From: Gemmatimonadota bacterium
GTDB taxonomy: Bacteria; Gemmatimonadota; Gemmatimonadetes; Longimicrobiales; RSA9
Assembly (NCBI GenBank): GCA_007126035.1
Contig: SLCC01000066.1
Coordinates: forward strand, 1,104 to 65,103
Reading direction: 5' to 3'
Length of the DNA stretch: 64,000 nt
A program made the position numbers and the translations under genes. Each line of letters starts with the position of its first letter. Position 1 is the stretch's first letter. A model generated the notes under the pieces. That model searched no databases and was not told the DNA's origin. It was given only the letters and a program-made list of their open reading frames with translations. Of the stretch, positions 48,133 through 56,631 are shown in pieces.

Positions 48133-49577
48133 GCGACAACGGCTTCGAAGCGGTCATCGGCCTCGAGATCCACGTCCAGCTCGGTACCGCCACGAAACTC
48201 TTCTGCGGCGACAGGTCCCAGTTCGGGTCGGCGCCCAACACCAACGTGTGTCCCGTCTGCCTCGGTCTGCCCGGCGCACTGCCCGTGACGAACGCAGCCG
48301 CTGTCGAGCTGGCGGTCAAGGCGGCCCTCGGCCTCCACTGCACGGTGCACCTCACCAGCGTCTTCGCCCGGAAACAGTACTTCTATCCCGACCTGCCCAA
48401 GGGCTACCAGATCTCCCAGTACGACCGCCCCCTGGCAACCGACGGCTGGCTCGAGCTGGTCGACGCCGCCGCGTCGCGCCGCAGGATACGGGTCCGGAGG
48501 ATCCACATCGAGGAAGACGCGGGCAAGCTGATACACGACCGGCTGCCCCGCCGCACCGCCATCGATCTCAACCGGGCCGGCGTGCCGCTGGTGGAGATCG
48601 TGACCGAGCCGGACCTGGCCAACCCCGCTGAGGCCCGGGCCGTCCTGGTCCGGCTCAAGCGGCTGCTCCAGTACCTCCAGGTCAGTGACTGCGACATGGA
48701 GAAGGGTAGCCTGCGGGTCGATGCCAATATCTCGCTCCGGCCACGAGGCGCCCGGACCCTGGGCACCAAGACCGAGATCAAGAACCTGAACTCCTTCAGC
48801 AACGTCGAGAGAGCACTCACCTCCGAGGCGGAGCGCCAGGCCGACCTGCTGGCCAGGGGAGGGGCCGTCACCCAGGAGACCCTCTTGTGGGACGCGCGGG
48901 CCGGCAGCGCCAGGGTCATGCGGAGCAAGGAGGAAAGCCACGACTACCGCTACTTCCCCGACCCGGACCTGCCGCCGCTCGTCCTCACGGCCCAGATGGT
49001 GGACCGGGTGAGACGGGACCTGCCAGAGCTGCCCGAGGCCCGGGAGCGACGCTTCCGCACCGAATACGAGATCCCCGGCTACGACGCCGACGTCCTCACC
49101 GCCGACCGGGACGTGGCCGACTACTTCGAAGCAGTGGCCCGGGACTGTGGAGATCCCAAGGCGGCCAGCAACTGGGTCATGACAGAGGTCCTGGCGTGGG
49201 CCAACGAGCAGGGCGCTCCAGTGAGCGCGTTCCCCGTGCCGCCTCCGCGCCTGGCCCAGCTGATCGAGCTGATCGCTGATGGCACCCTGAGCAACCGGCT
49301 GGCCCGTCAGGTGCTGACCCGGATGATGACGACCGCTGAACCGCCGCGCGCCATCGTGGAGGCGGCGGGCCTGGCCAGCGTCGGCGACCCGGACCAGCTG
49401 GAGGCCTGGGTCGCGGAGGTGGTCGATGCCCACCCGGAAGAGGCGGCCCGGTTCAGGGAAGGGGAAGCGAAACTGTTGTCGTTCTTCATGGGCCGGATCA
49501 TGAAGGCTTCGAGCGGGAAGGCCGAACCGCGGCAAACTGCGGAGCTGCTCCGCAGCCGTCTGCTGGCAGACCACTGA
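48129..49577 (+). CDS. gatB: Asp/Glu-tRNA amidotransferase subunit B
   Basis: Start trimmed to ATG 48129 (ATGA overlap with gatA). FEAVIGLEIHVQL, YFYPDLPKGYQISQ, EEDAGKLIH. Confidence 0.95.
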   Translation: MSDNGFEAVIGLEIHVQLGTATKLFCGDRSQFGSAPNTNVCPVCLGLPGALPVTNAAAVELAVKAALGLHCTVHLTSVFARKQYFYPDLPKGYQISQYDRPLATDGWLELVDAAASRRRIRVRRIHIEEDAGKLIHDRLPRRTAIDLNRAGVPLVEIVTEPDLANPAEARAVLVRLKRLLQYLQVSDCDMEKGSLRVDANISLRPRGARTLGTKTEIKNLNSFSNVERALTSEAERQADLLARGGAVTQETLLWDARAGSARVMRSKEESHDYRYFPDPDLPPLVLTAQMVDRVRRDLPELPEARERRFRTEYEIPGYDADVLTADRDVADYFEAVARDCGDPKAASNWVMTEVLAWANEQGAPVSAFPVPPPRLAQLIELIADGTLSNRLARQVLTRMMTTAEPPRAIVEAAGLASVGDPDQLEAWVAEVVDAHPEEAARFREGEAKLLSFFMGRIMKASSGKAEPRQTAELLRSRLLADH

Positions 49578-49612
49578 AGAACGAGGCGAACGCGGGCGGA
49601 TGACTCTCGCTG

Positions 49613-49644
49613 GCCGCCGCGACGAGGAACCCGTCGCGCGGCCG
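49613..49644. terminator. Strong GC hairpin between convergent gatB and the phospholipase-C-like gene (no U-tract)
   Basis: GGCCGCCGCGAC-GAGGAACCC-GTCGCGCGGCC. 11 bp with one bulged C. Confidence 0.35.
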
Positions 49645-49662
49645 CATCCCCGCGCTGGCAGG

Positions 49663-50586
49663 TCAGCCCGCCTCCGCGGGCCGGCTGAAGGGGCCGCGGC
49701 GATCCCAGAAGTCGAGCAGGTCTTCGGGCAGGGGAAAGAAGTCATCGGCCATGACCATCATGCGGCCCCGGTCCCGGGCATTGCCATCTCTAAGCGCCAG
49801 GCGCCGGACCTTCTTCGAGAGCTGCAGGTTGAAATCGCCGATGGGATCCCGACCCGCGGCGTGGGAACCGCTCCTTCGCAGCAGGTAGTCCACCATTGAG
49901 TCGAAGCTGGTGGCCAGGTAACGGTCCACATCCGTATCCGGGATGTCCCAGCGGGAGTGCTCGAGGACCCGGCTGAACACGTTCTGCCACCGGTCGTTGT
50001 CCTGGAACCGGACCATGCCCCGGAACAGGCGCCTGTTGGTCTCGAAGGAGAAGATGGTGCCGCTCAGAATGCTGTCGAAGAGGTTGTCGGCCTCGGCGTG
50101 GTCGTAATCCATGACCACCTCCCGGGCCCTGCCCGTATACACCTCCCCCAACTCCACGTCCAGCCTGTGCTCCCAGTAGGAATGCCCCAGCGCCTTCGAC
50201 GAGCTGGTGAGCATGAGCTGGCGCGGCACGTAATGGTTGTGGGCGACAGTGTCCGCCGCCAGGTGGCAGAGGTATCCGAAGCTCGCCGCCCGCAGCCGGT
50301 CGTTCCGAGCACCCGCCAGTATCTCCTCGCCCACGTGCCAGTAATGGGAGTGGCGGCCCGCGGGCACGTACTTCTTGGCGAAGGAGATGTCAGCTGCGAC
50401 GTTCCCGTAGAGGAAACTCAGCGGATAGCGCCGCAGCAGGTCCGTGAGGGCGGCGGGCAGCAGGTGCAGGGAACTTAGCAGGTGCTCGGCCAGGAATATA
50501 TGCGTGGCAGGGCCATAGGCGAACAGTCGCTCCGGCGTCAGCAAAAGGAGCAACAGGGCACCGCCGAGCAGTATGGCGAGCTTCAA
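49663..50586 (-). CDS. Zinc-dependent phospholipase C-family protein
   Basis: Signal or TM N-terminus MKLAILLGGALLLLLL. H-rich motifs YGPATHIFLAEH, HSHYWH and CHLAADTVAHNHYV, typical of this family. Confidence 0.65.
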   Translation of the reverse strand: MKLAILLGGALLLLLLTPERLFAYGPATHIFLAEHLLSSLHLLPAALTDLLRRYPLSFLYGNVAADISFAKKYVPAGRHSHYWHVGEEILAGARNDRLRAASFGYLCHLAADTVAHNHYVPRQLMLTSSSKALGHSYWEHRLDVELGEVYTGRAREVVMDYDHAEADNLFDSILSGTIFSFETNRRLFRGMVRFQDNDRWQNVFSRVLEHSRWDIPDTDVDRYLATSFDSMVDYLLRRSGSHAAGRDPIGDFNLQLSKKVRRLALRDGNARDRGRMMVMADDFFPLPEDLLDFWDRRGPFSRPAEAG

Positions 50587-50595
50587 CTGCCACCC

Positions 50596-50970
50596 TCAAC
50601 TGCGGATCCGCTTGGTCCCCCGTCGGAGGCTGGCGTGGGCCGAGTCCATCTGGCCCTCCAGCGCGTCGGCGATCTCCTTGCGCGCGTCGGCTACCAGCTC
50701 CGCTACCTCCTCGCGCATGTCCTCCACTACGGCGAGCCCGGCGGCTTGCAGCTCATCGGTCCACTCGCCAACCGCGCTGGCCTGGTGCCCGACCCGTTTC
50801 CTGGCCTTGGACGCCTTCTTCTTCAGCTTCTTCCGGTACGGCTTCAGCTCCTTCATGAGCCGCTGCCGGCGTGTCGGTGGCTCGGGTGCCATGAGCAGCG
50901 CGGCCCCCGCTCCCAGCAGGGCCCCCACCACGAAGGCAGTGACATACTCGGTGGTGTTGTCGTTACGCAT
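50596..50970 (-). CDS. YtxH-like membrane-anchored protein
   Basis: Only the last 124 codons of ORF 50596-52131 look real. MRNDNTTEYVTAFVVGALLGAGAALLMAP, followed by a K/R/E-rich helical tail. Confidence 0.7.
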   Translation of the reverse strand: MRNDNTTEYVTAFVVGALLGAGAALLMAPEPPTRRQRLMKELKPYRKKLKKKASKARKRVGHQASAVGEWTDELQAAGLAVVEDMREEVAELVADARKEIADALEGQMDSAHASLRRGTKRIRS

Positions 50971-51503
50971 CAGTCTTGTCCCGTCGGGTCGTTGTAGCGT
51001 CTGCGGACGGTCCGCAGGCGCGCGTCCTTCTCTTGCCGCAACGCCTGGGCCGCTGTCTGTGCTCCCCTGGCCATGGCGGCGGCATCCATGAGCAGGTCCT
51101 CCGCCTGGGCCTGTACCACCTCCAGCACCAGACCGAAGCGGCGGACCCGCTCCTCCAGGGAGCCCACGGCCCCCCTGCTCCTGTCCAGCAGGTCCTGTAC
51201 CGCCTCCTGCACGTCGTCGGCGTTGTCCCTGAATCCGGCGGTGATGTGGCCCACGTCGTCCGCGACGGTCGATGCCCTGTTCAAGACCGGCGTGACGTGG
51301 GGGATCAGCTGGTTCTTCGCCTCGTCGACCCGGTCCATGGCCCGACGCACGAGGAGGAGCACGGCCGCCGCGGCGACCAGCACGGCCAGGGCCGTAATGA
51401 CCATGACCACGGCCATCACGGTCTGGGCCCACATGATCCGCTCGAGCTGCGCTCCCAGCTCCGGCGGCGTTGCCTGCGCCAACATCCAGATGGTGGATCC
51501 CAC
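50970..51503 (-). CDS. DUF948-like membrane protein
   Basis: 177 aa. One TM (MAVVMVITALAVLVAAAAVLLLV), then a helical region. 1-nt overlap with the YtxH-like gene start. DUF948 and YtxH are a common pairing. Confidence 0.6.
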   Translation of the reverse strand: MGSTIWMLAQATPPELGAQLERIMWAQTVMAVVMVITALAVLVAAAAVLLLVRRAMDRVDEAKNQLIPHVTPVLNRASTVADDVGHITAGFRDNADDVQEAVQDLLDRSRGAVGSLEERVRRFGLVLEVVQAQAEDLLMDAAAMARGAQTAAQALRQEKDARLRTVRRRYNDPTGQD

Positions 51504-51608
51504 GCTCTTCTCCTCGCTCGCGAGCCGCTTTCACTGCGCACACACAAGGTAAGGCATGCCTGCGCCCGGAGGCCAGAATGCCGTTGCGGCAAGGCCCGGA
51601 CCCGTCGT

Positions 51609-51638
51609 TTGACGCTGCTTCGATGCGGCGGGTATGTT
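51609..51638 (+). promoter_or_regulatory. Candidate sigma-70-type promoter of murA
   Basis: TTGACG (51609-51614), 18-nt spacer, TATGTT (51633-51638). Lies about 60 nt upstream of the ATG. Confidence 0.3.
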
Positions 51639-51696
51639 TTTTCCATGGCTCTGCCATGGTCCGAGTTCTACGACACTCGCTGGACCGATATCGTAA

Positions 51697-52986
51697 ATGC
51701 CGAAATACATCGTGGAGGGAGGCGTCCCGCTTAGCGGCCGGATCCGGCCGGCGGGCAACAAGAACGCCGCTCTGCCAATCATATGCGCCACGCTCCTCAG
51801 CGAGGAGCCCGTCAGACTGGAGAACGTCCCCGATATCCGTGACGTCCGCACGCTCCTCGAACTCATGCAGCAGTTGGGCTGCTCCGTGGAGTGGGAGGGG
51901 AGCGATACCGTCACCATCCATGCCCGGGAGATCCGGATATCGGAGGTCGATAGGAGCCTGGCCGCCAGGATCCGAGCCTCCATCCTCCTGGCCGGACCGA
52001 TGCTGGCCAGGGTCGGCAGCATGCTGTTGCCGCCTCCCGGCGGTGACGTGATCGGGCGTCGTCGGGTCGACACCCACTTCCTGGCGTTCCAGCGCCTGGG
52101 CGCCCGCGTAGAGACGGCGGGCGGGTACCACCTGGAGGCGGATTCACTGACCGGTGCCGAGATCTTCCTGGACGAGCCCAGCGTCACCGCCACGGAGAAC
52201 GCCATAATGGCAGCGGCCCTGGCCCGGGGCACCACTCGCCTGCGCAACGCCGCCGCCGAGCCCCACGTGCAGGACCTGTGCAGGATGATCAATGCCCTGG
52301 GCGGCCGGATCTCGGGGATCGGCACCCACGTCCTGGAGATCGAGGGCGTGGAGCGCCTGGGCGGCGGCTCGTTCAAGATCGGTTCGGATCACATCGAGGT
52401 GGGTTCGTTCATAGGACTGGCCGCCGTGACTCGCGGGGACATCGTGATCGAGGACGCGGCCGTCGAGCACCTGGACTCGACGCTCCTGGCCTTCGACCGG
52501 CTGGGCATCCGCTGCGAGGCCCAGGGCCAGGACCTGCGGGTCCCCGCGGACCAGGACCTGGACATCAGAATGGACCTGGGCGGACACATACCGAAGATCG
52601 ACGACGGGCCATGGCCCGCCTTCCCCGCGGACCTGACCTCCATCGCCCTGGTCGTGGCCACCCAGTGCCGCGGCACCATCCTCATCCACGAGAAGATGTT
52701 CGAGTCCCGCATGTTCTTCGCCGACAAGATCATCGGGATGGGCGCCCGGATCGTGCTGTGTGACCCGCACCGGGCCGTGGTGGTCGGACCTTCGCGGCTG
52801 TATGCCGGCGTAATGGAGACACCTGACATCCGGGCCGGCATGGCCCTCCTCATCGCGGCGCTGAGCGCCGAGGGAGAGAGCCATATGTACAATATCCAGC
52901 AGGTCGAGCGCGGTTATGCCGCCATAGACCAGCGGTTGAAGCAACTGGGCGCCCGTATCACAAGGGAAGACTCGCGAGGCGATTAG
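51697..52986 (+). CDS. murA: UDP-N-acetylglucosamine 1-carboxyvinyltransferase
   Basis: IVEGGVPLSGRIRPAGNKNAALPI. Active-site region LPPPGGDVIGRRRVDTH; in my reading an Asp (GGDVIG), as in fosfomycin-insensitive MurA variants, occupies the usual Cys position. 429 aa. Confidence 0.95.
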   Translation: MPKYIVEGGVPLSGRIRPAGNKNAALPIICATLLSEEPVRLENVPDIRDVRTLLELMQQLGCSVEWEGSDTVTIHAREIRISEVDRSLAARIRASILLAGPMLARVGSMLLPPPGGDVIGRRRVDTHFLAFQRLGARVETAGGYHLEADSLTGAEIFLDEPSVTATENAIMAAALARGTTRLRNAAAEPHVQDLCRMINALGGRISGIGTHVLEIEGVERLGGGSFKIGSDHIEVGSFIGLAAVTRGDIVIEDAAVEHLDSTLLAFDRLGIRCEAQGQDLRVPADQDLDIRMDLGGHIPKIDDGPWPAFPADLTSIALVVATQCRGTILIHEKMFESRMFFADKIIGMGARIVLCDPHRAVVVGPSRLYAGVMETPDIRAGMALLIAALSAEGESHMYNIQQVERGYAAIDQRLKQLGARITREDSRGD

Positions 52987-52997
52987 AGGAGGGACCA

Positions 52998-53411
52998 ATG
53001 GCGGAAGAACATGACCGGACGCGAAACGTGGGCGACGACGTGAGGGACGGCATACGAGCCGGGCTGGGCATCCTGAGCGCGCTCAAGGACGCCGTCGAGG
53101 AGACGGTCCAGGAGATGACCGATCGCGGCGAGCTCTCGCAGGAGCGGGCACGGGAGACTGTCCGGGTCACGATGGAGCGGGCACAGGAAGCGTTCGATGA
53201 CGCGCGCCTCCGATTCGATTTCGTGCCCCGCCGGGAGTTCGAGGCGCTGAAAGCCGAAGTCGCCGACTTGCGCTCCAGGCTGGCCCGTCACGAGACCAGC
53301 CATGCCAGGCCCGGCACGGCTGCGCCAGAGGCCGAGGAGCCGCGACCCGAGCCAGGGCCCGGCGAGGCCGGACCAGGACCCGGCGCCGACATCCCGGTCA
53401 CCGAGAGCTGA
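52998..53411 (+). CDS. Hypothetical coiled-coil protein (phasin/UbiK-like)
   Basis: 137 aa. ILSALKDAVEETVQEMTDRGELSQERARE...VPRREFEALKAEVADLRSRLARHE. Pro/Glu-rich tail. Confidence 0.45.
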   Translation: MAEEHDRTRNVGDDVRDGIRAGLGILSALKDAVEETVQEMTDRGELSQERARETVRVTMERAQEAFDDARLRFDFVPRREFEALKAEVADLRSRLARHETSHARPGTAAPEAEEPRPEPGPGEAGPGPGADIPVTES

Positions 53412-53422
53412 GCCCGTTTCGG

Positions 53423-54202
53423 GTGACCGCGCCCGCGCGGGCCGAGGCTCCCAACCGTATGGTCCACGTCCGCGAGGAACGGCTCGATGGTGACCCGCCC
53501 CGCCACGTGCACCCCGGCTGGGCCCGGGCCTACCCGTGGCTGGTGCAGGGCACCACGGGCAGGGGCGGCCCAGACGGGGACTGGGACTTCGGCCTGTCCG
53601 GCGCCGCGCCCGTGGGAGACTCGTTGCGCCGCTGGAGACTCCTCCAATCGGCCGCCGACATGGACCGGGTGGTGCACAGCCGCCAGGCCCACCTGGACCG
53701 GGTGCTGAGCCACGACTCCGGACCGCCGGGACTGGCCTTGAGTGACGGCTTCGACGTCCACTACACACAGCGGGCCGACGTACTCCTGACCGTCTCGGTG
53801 GCCGATTGCACCCCCATCTTCATCGTCGATTGCCGGCGCCGCAGGATAGCTCTCCTGCACGCCGGCTGGCGTGGCACGGCCCACCGCATCATCGAGCGCG
53901 GGCTGGAACCCTTCGCCTCCGACCTGGCCGCGGTGCAGGTGCACCTGGGACCCGCCATCTGCGGCCCTTGCTACGAGGTGGGACCGGAGGTGCACCAGGC
54001 GCTGCGACTGCCAGCGCCCTGCGGACCGGCTACGATTGACATGCGCTCACTACAGGCGCGCCAACTGGTCGAGGCAGGCGTGCCCGCCGCCAACGTATCC
54101 GTCTCCCGGCATTGCACCCGGTGTAGCACCGATTTCTACTCCCACCGCGGGGGTGACGCCAGCCGGCAGCTCGGCTTCCTCGGCATCGCCGAGGCACCAT
54201 GA
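53423..54202 (+). CDS. pgeF: Peptidoglycan editing factor PgeF (YfiH / Cu_oxidase_4 family)
   Basis: SVADCTPIFIVD, LLHAGWRGT, ICGPCYEVG, CTRCSTDFYSHRG. Confidence 0.85.
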   Translation: MTAPARAEAPNRMVHVREERLDGDPPRHVHPGWARAYPWLVQGTTGRGGPDGDWDFGLSGAAPVGDSLRRWRLLQSAADMDRVVHSRQAHLDRVLSHDSGPPGLALSDGFDVHYTQRADVLLTVSVADCTPIFIVDCRRRRIALLHAGWRGTAHRIIERGLEPFASDLAAVQVHLGPAICGPCYEVGPEVHQALRLPAPCGPATIDMRSLQARQLVEAGVPAANVSVSRHCTRCSTDFYSHRGGDASRQLGFLGIAEAP

Positions 54203-54246
54203 CGCACATGGGCAGTGAAACCCCCTGACGCTTCGGCCCGGCAGGG

Positions 54247-54275
54247 TTGCACGTTCGTCTAACCTCTTTTATCAT
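54247..54275 (+). promoter_or_regulatory. Candidate sigma-70-type promoter of the rimP-nusA-infB operon
   Basis: TTGCAC (54247-54252), 17-nt spacer, TATCAT (54270-54275). Sits in the most AT-rich patch of this region. Confidence 0.4.
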
Positions 54276-54309
54276 CTTCGAGTGCGCGGCTCGAAGAAGG
54301 GCCGCTAGG

Positions 54310-54338
54310 AGTGGGGGGTACACCCCCACTTTTTTATT
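54310..54338 (+). terminator. Canonical intrinsic terminator in the rimP leader / after pgeF
   Basis: AGTGGGGG-GTACA-CCCCCACT (8-bp stem) followed by TTTTTTATT. Ends 8 nt before the rimP ATG (54347). Confidence 0.65.
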
Positions 54339-54346
54339 GAGAGGTC

Positions 54347-54835
54347 ATGGGCGAGCCATCGCAGGAGCAGGTAATCGAGCAGCGCCTGGCGGCGCTTGGC
54401 TTCGAGCTGGTCGAGCTCGAACGAGGAGGGACCAGGACGCGACCGGTCCTGCGGATACGTGCGGATCGACCGGACGCGGAGCCGGGGCAGGGGATCACCC
54501 TGGAGGATTGTGCGCGGATCAGCCGCTCCCTGGAGGAGTATCTGGATGCGCTGCCAGGGATGTCGGACCGGTATGTGCTGGAGGTCTCGTCTCCGGGGGT
54601 GGAGCGGCCGCTGGTACGGAGCCGGGACTTCGAGCGGTTCGCAGGGCACGACATCGCCCTCCGAGGGTACGGTCCCTTGGCAGGTCGTAGCCGACGGCTC
54701 GAGGGAGAGCTGCTGGGCCTGGCGCAGGGGCCGGACGGAGAGACCGTGCGGCTGCGGCTCAATGACGGAGAGGAAGTGGAGGTGCCTCGCGCAGAAATAG
54801 CGCGGGCTCACCTCGTGTTCCGCTGGAGCAACTGA
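54347..54835 (+). CDS. rimP: Ribosome maturation factor RimP
   Basis: LGFELVELERGGTRTRPVLRIRADRP..., LEVSSPGVERPL. 162 aa. Confidence 0.9.
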   Translation: MGEPSQEQVIEQRLAALGFELVELERGGTRTRPVLRIRADRPDAEPGQGITLEDCARISRSLEEYLDALPGMSDRYVLEVSSPGVERPLVRSRDFERFAGHDIALRGYGPLAGRSRRLEGELLGLAQGPDGETVRLRLNDGEEVEVPRAEIARAHLVFRWSN

Positions 54836-54842
54836 GGAGACT

Positions 54843-56294
54843 ATGGCTAACGAAGGGATGCAGGTGCTTGCGGCCTTCCGGGAGATGACGGCCAACAAGA
54901 ATCTCTCGGACGACGAATTGCACGATCTCATTCGTGACGGCATCATGGCCGCCCTCGCGAAGCGTTTCGGCCTCAATGTCGAGGCCGAGATCACCGTCGA
55001 CGAGGGCGGTGGCGGCATCCAGATCACCGTTCTGAAGGAAGTGGTGGAGGAGGTCGAGGACCCGTCCCGGGAGATATCCCTGGAGGAGGCGCGCTGGGAC
55101 GACCCCGACTTCGAGCCGGGGGATGTCATGGAGATCCCGGTATCGTTCGCCGAGTTCGGCCGGAACGCCGTGATGGCGGCAAAGCAGCGGATCATCCAGC
55201 GTGTCCGCGAAGGTGAGCGACAGAAGATTCGCGACGAGTTCGATGCCCGCGCCGGCGAGCTCCTGAGCGGCGAGGTCCAGCAGGTGGAGCGAGGTAAGCT
55301 CGTGCTCCTCATGAACGAGGCCCGTGATGCCGATGCCATCATCCCGTGGAAGGAGCAGAACCCGCGGGAGCGGTTCCGCCAGGGCGAGTCCATAAGGGCC
55401 GTGCTGAAGAAGGTGGAGGAGACGTCCAAAGGCCCGCGGCTCGTGCTCTCCAGGGCCGACCCGTTCTTCGTGGCAGCCCTGTTCAAGCTCGAGGTGCCGG
55501 AGATCCACCAGGGCATCGTTGAGATCAAAGGGATCGCCCGCGAAGTGGGCGGCCGCACCAAGGTGGCCGTCTCCTCGAGGGACGAGTCCATTGATCCCGT
55601 GGGCGCCTGCGTAGGGCTCAAAGGCGCTCGCGTGCAGGCAGTGGTGGGTGAACTCGGGGGCGAGCGAATCGATATCGTGCCCTGGCACCCGGACCCGGAG
55701 GTCTACGCCCGCCGCGCCCTGGCCCCCGCACGCGTTGCCAAGGTGCTGAGCGACGCGAGGCGGGGGGTGATCACCGCCATCGTGGACGAGGACCAGCTCT
55801 CCCTGGCCATCGGACGTAACGGTCAGAACGTCCGCCTGGCTAGCCAGTTGATCGGTTGGCAGCTCGACCTGTACGGTAGCCGGGAATGGCTCGAGAGAGG
55901 CGCAGACGCCGCCCTCTTCGGCAGGCCTGAAGAGGACGAGTACGACGGTGCCGACTTCCCCCTCACGGATCTGGAGCTGGATCCGGACACTCTGGCGGCG
56001 CTCGAAGGGGCCGGGTATACTACTTTTTTTGATATCATCGACCTCGATCGTGACGATTTCCTACGCATCGAAGGGGTCGACGAGCCGGTGGCCGAGCGGC
56101 TCGTCCAGGTCATCGACGAGCTGACGGAGGCAGAGGAGTCTGCCGCAGAGCAAGCGGAAGGCGGCGCATCGGCGGAAGAGATGGAAGAAGCGCGGCGTAT
56201 GGCCGCCGAGATCCTGGGCGTCGATGTCCAGGACCTGGACGACGGTGCCAAGACCGAGGAGCAGGAGACCGGAGAGCGGGAAGACGTCGCCTGA
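54843..56294 (+). CDS. nusA: Transcription termination/antitermination factor NusA
   Basis: S1 and KH regions (GRNGQNVRLASQLIGWQLDL, DPVGACVGLKGARVQ). Acidic C-terminal extension. Confidence 0.95.
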   Translation: MANEGMQVLAAFREMTANKNLSDDELHDLIRDGIMAALAKRFGLNVEAEITVDEGGGGIQITVLKEVVEEVEDPSREISLEEARWDDPDFEPGDVMEIPVSFAEFGRNAVMAAKQRIIQRVREGERQKIRDEFDARAGELLSGEVQQVERGKLVLLMNEARDADAIIPWKEQNPRERFRQGESIRAVLKKVEETSKGPRLVLSRADPFFVAALFKLEVPEIHQGIVEIKGIAREVGGRTKVAVSSRDESIDPVGACVGLKGARVQAVVGELGGERIDIVPWHPDPEVYARRALAPARVAKVLSDARRGVITAIVDEDQLSLAIGRNGQNVRLASQLIGWQLDLYGSREWLERGADAALFGRPEEDEYDGADFPLTDLELDPDTLAALEGAGYTTFFDIIDLDRDDFLRIEGVDEPVAERLVQVIDELTEAEESAAEQAEGGASAEEMEEARRMAAEILGVDVQDLDDGAKTEEQETGEREDVA

Positions 56295-56307
56295 TCACGC
56301 GCTCCAG

Positions 56308-56595
56308 CTGTTGGGACTCGCGGCGCGCGCAGGCGCCGTGGTCCCCGGGACCGAGCGGGTCCGGGAGGCGGTCCGGGCAGGAAGGGTCCACTACGCCCTC
56401 GTGGCGGCAGACCTCACGGCCACGGGCAGGGACAAGTTGGTCCCGCTGCTCGAGGGCCGGGAGGTTTCTTATAGTGTGGGGTATACCCGAGCGGATCTGG
56501 GCCGAGCAGTCGGTCGAGCCCCGCTAGCGGCGGTGGCGTTGACCGATGAAGGCTTTGCTCGTCGGCTGGAGGCGCTGTTGGCCACCGGCGGATGA
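56308..56595 (+). CDS. L7Ae/L30e-family RNA-binding protein (YlxQ-like)
   Basis: LLGLAARAGAVVPGTERVREAVRAGRVHYALVAADL...GRAPLAAVALTD. The ORF-track start 56224 overlaps nusA. I place the start at CTG/TTG 56308-56313, but the exact position is uncertain. Confidence 0.6.
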   Translation: MLGLAARAGAVVPGTERVREAVRAGRVHYALVAADLTATGRDKLVPLLEGREVSYSVGYTRADLGRAVGRAPLAAVALTDEGFARRLEALLATGG

Positions 56596-56631
56596 TGGCA
56601 CAGTGGGAACAGGGGAGATTGCAGGAAAAGC

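Noticed and set aside
48033-49745. Long antisense and shadow ORFs. Examples: 48033-49745(-), 56524-58302(-), 54305-55621(-), 29658-31037(-), 14717-15982(-), 8772-10202(-), the upstream part of 50596-52131(-), and 1119-2267(+)
   Set aside because: They lie opposite or out of frame to genes with unambiguous family motifs. Their translations are Arg/Pro/Gly/Ala-rich and low-complexity with no motifs. This is the expected stop-codon-poor artefact of very GC-rich DNA.
51636-51642. T-run at 51636-51642 as an intrinsic terminator
   Set aside because: The preceding sequence forms only mismatched stems. The flanking genes are divergent, so no terminator is expected. The T-run overlaps the candidate murA -10 region instead.
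56224-56307. A YlxR/DUF448 gene between nusA and the L7Ae-like gene, as in many nusA-infB operons
   Set aside because: The only ORF there overlaps the nusA 3' end, reads as Arg/Pro/Ser-rich filler (MSRTWTTVPRPRSRRPESG) and has no YlxR-type motifs. The gene appears to be absent.
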